This document shows positions 62,300 to 64,000 of a DNA stretch of 64,000 bases, piece by piece. The notes beneath the pieces were generated by a model. The model searched no databases. It was not told the origin of the DNA and worked only from the letters and a program-made list of their open reading frames with translations. This stretch comes from Pirellulales bacterium. Its GTDB lineage: Bacteria > Planctomycetota > Planctomycetia > Pirellulales > PALSA-1355. Location: assembly GCA_963733035.1 (NCBI GenBank), contig CAVTBU010000008.1, forward strand, positions 456,424-520,423. The letters run 5' to 3'. The position numbers were made by a program, and so were the translations under genes. Numbering within the stretch: the first letter of the stretch is position 1; the number at the start of each line of letters is the position of its first letter.

Positions 62300-63988
62300 G
62301 AATCAGTCCCCTGGCGGGGAAGCCCGTCGAACCATCGATGCTGGTCAACGTGCCAAGCCTCGTGACAGCGTATTTTTCCGATGTGCCCGATCCCACCGTG
62401 ACTGAGCAACGGGTTGCGTTCGGTACCTCAGGGCATCGCGGCTCATCCTTCGACAGGGCGTTCAACGAGTGGCATATTCTGGCGATCAGCCAGGCCATTT
62501 GTCTGTATCGCCAACAGCATCAGATCAACGGTCCGTTGTTTCTCGGCATGGACACGCACGCGCTCTCCGTGCCGGCGCTTGCCAGCGCGCTGGAAGTGCT
62601 GGCGGCTAACGGTATAGAAGTCATGCTCGCCAAAGGAGACGAGTACACGCCGACGCCCGTCATCTCTCACGCGATTCTCGGTTACAACCATGGTCGCAAA
62701 ACTGGGCTCGCTGACGGCATCGTGATCACTCCGTCGCATAATCCACCCCATGATGGCGGTTTTAAGTACAATCCGCCGAACGGCGGCCCAGCAGGGACTG
62801 ACGTTACCGGCTGGATCCAAACACAAGCCAACGCGTTTCTTGAAAGCCGGCTGCTCGGGGTCAAAAGGATTCCATTCGAGCGTGCACTGCGTGCCTCGAC
62901 GACGCACCAGTACGACTACCTCGATGCCTACGTGGGCGACCTTGCCAACGTGATCGACATGGATGTCATTCGCGGTTCGAAGCTCAAGTTGGGCGTGGAT
63001 CCCCTAGGTGGGGCTGGGGTGCACTACTGGGGGCCGATTGCTGAGCGCTATGGGCTAAACTTCACAGTCGTCAACGAGGTCGTCGACCCGACCTTTCGTT
63101 TCATGACGGTCGACTGGGACGGCCAGATCCGCATGGACCCATCTTCGCCTTATGCGATGCAGAGGTTGATTGGCCTGAAGGACCAGTTCGAGATCGCTTT
63201 TGCCTGCGACACCGATCATGATCGCCACGGGGTTGTCACCAAAAGCGCGGGCCTGCTTCCACCTAATCACTACCTGTCAGTAGCCATTTTCTACCTCTTC
63301 CAACACCGACCCAAGTGGCGACAGGATGCCGCCGTGGGCAAGACGGTGGTGAGCACTCAGATGATTGATCGGGTTGCCGCAATGCTGGGTCGAAAGCTCT
63401 ACGAGGTGCCGGTTGGCTTCAAATGGTTCGTGGATGGCCTGCTTGACGGCTCGCTTGGGTTCGGCGGCGAAGAGAGCGCGGGGCTTCCTTTGCTCGTCTG
63501 GATAGCACCGTTTGGACGACGGACAAAGATGGAATCGTCCCAGCTTTGCTGGCTGCGGAGATCACAGCTCGGATCGGCCGCGATCCCGGCGAAATCTACC
63601 GCGACCTCACGCGCGAATTGGGTGAGCCTGCCTATGATCGTGTTGAGGCGCCGGCCACTCCGGATCAAAAGGAACTGTTGGCGAAACTCTCGCCGCAGCA
63701 GGTGGAGCTCGCCGAGCTCGCGGGAGAAAAAATCCAGACTGTCCTCACGCACGCGCCGGGCAACGGCGATCCCATCGGCGGGTTGAAGGTAATAGCGGAA
63801 AGTGGATGGTTCGCACGCGCCCATCAGGGACTGAGGACATTTACAAGGTCTACGCGGAGAGTTTCCGGGGAACAGACCGATTGCACCGCATCTTGGAGGA
63901 AGCCCAGGCCATCGTCACTGAGGCCTTGATGGTTGGGATGCAGAAGTTGAAATCCCCGGCCAAGACAAACGCAGAGGACGGGCCATGA
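62296..63988 (+). CDS. pgm: Phosphoglucomutase, frameshifts near 63482 and 63815
   Basis: FGTSGHRG, ITPSHNPP, DTDHDRHG, GEESAG, RPSGTEDIYKVYAESF. Confidence 0.9.
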
Positions 63989-64000
63989 GCACACAAACGG

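Overview
High-GC bacterial DNA with a Planctomycetota (Pirellulales-like) gene repertoire, shown by DUF1571, an ECF sigma/Ser-Thr kinase pair, PEP-CTERM proteins and a MoxR-BatA-prenyltransferase operon. About a dozen single-base frameshifts fall in otherwise intact genes and look like long-read assembly errors. Five blocks: (1) 1-16.2 kb, minus-strand MoxR/DUF58/BatA-VWA/prenyltransferase-fold/thioredoxin/TolB operon. (2) 16.5-22.3 kb, acsA-pdhA-pdhB-E2-acyl carrier protein operon with no E3 and a sigma54-like promoter. (3) 24-37.2 kb, ROK-regulated catabolic operon. Its transaldolase carries the Arg/Trp/Arg signature of sulfofructose transaldolase (SqvA type) and sits with a PIG-L deacetylase, an altered NagB-like deaminase, a threonine-synthase-like PLP enzyme, redox glycoside-cleavage families, MFS, TauE and a sulfatase. 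This is the best candidate for an undescribed system: a sulfo-(amino)sugar catabolic pathway. (4) 37.3-47.4 kb, ECF-kinase/WD40 pair, double PEP-CTERM ORF, and a decayed island with two tyrosine-integrase 3' remnants, cargo genes and a tRNA-Ser(CGA) 3'-half att site flanked by paired TTGGCTACA repeats and 10-bp-phased GTCC motifs. (5) 47.4-64 kb, stress/carbon-storage cluster (CheB-CheR-PAS kinase, BON, csrA, DUF2294, DUF3309, GH13, DksA-type, PPK2, SPFH, tal, pgm), probably island cargo. All family calls come from motif recognition by eye; no searches were run.
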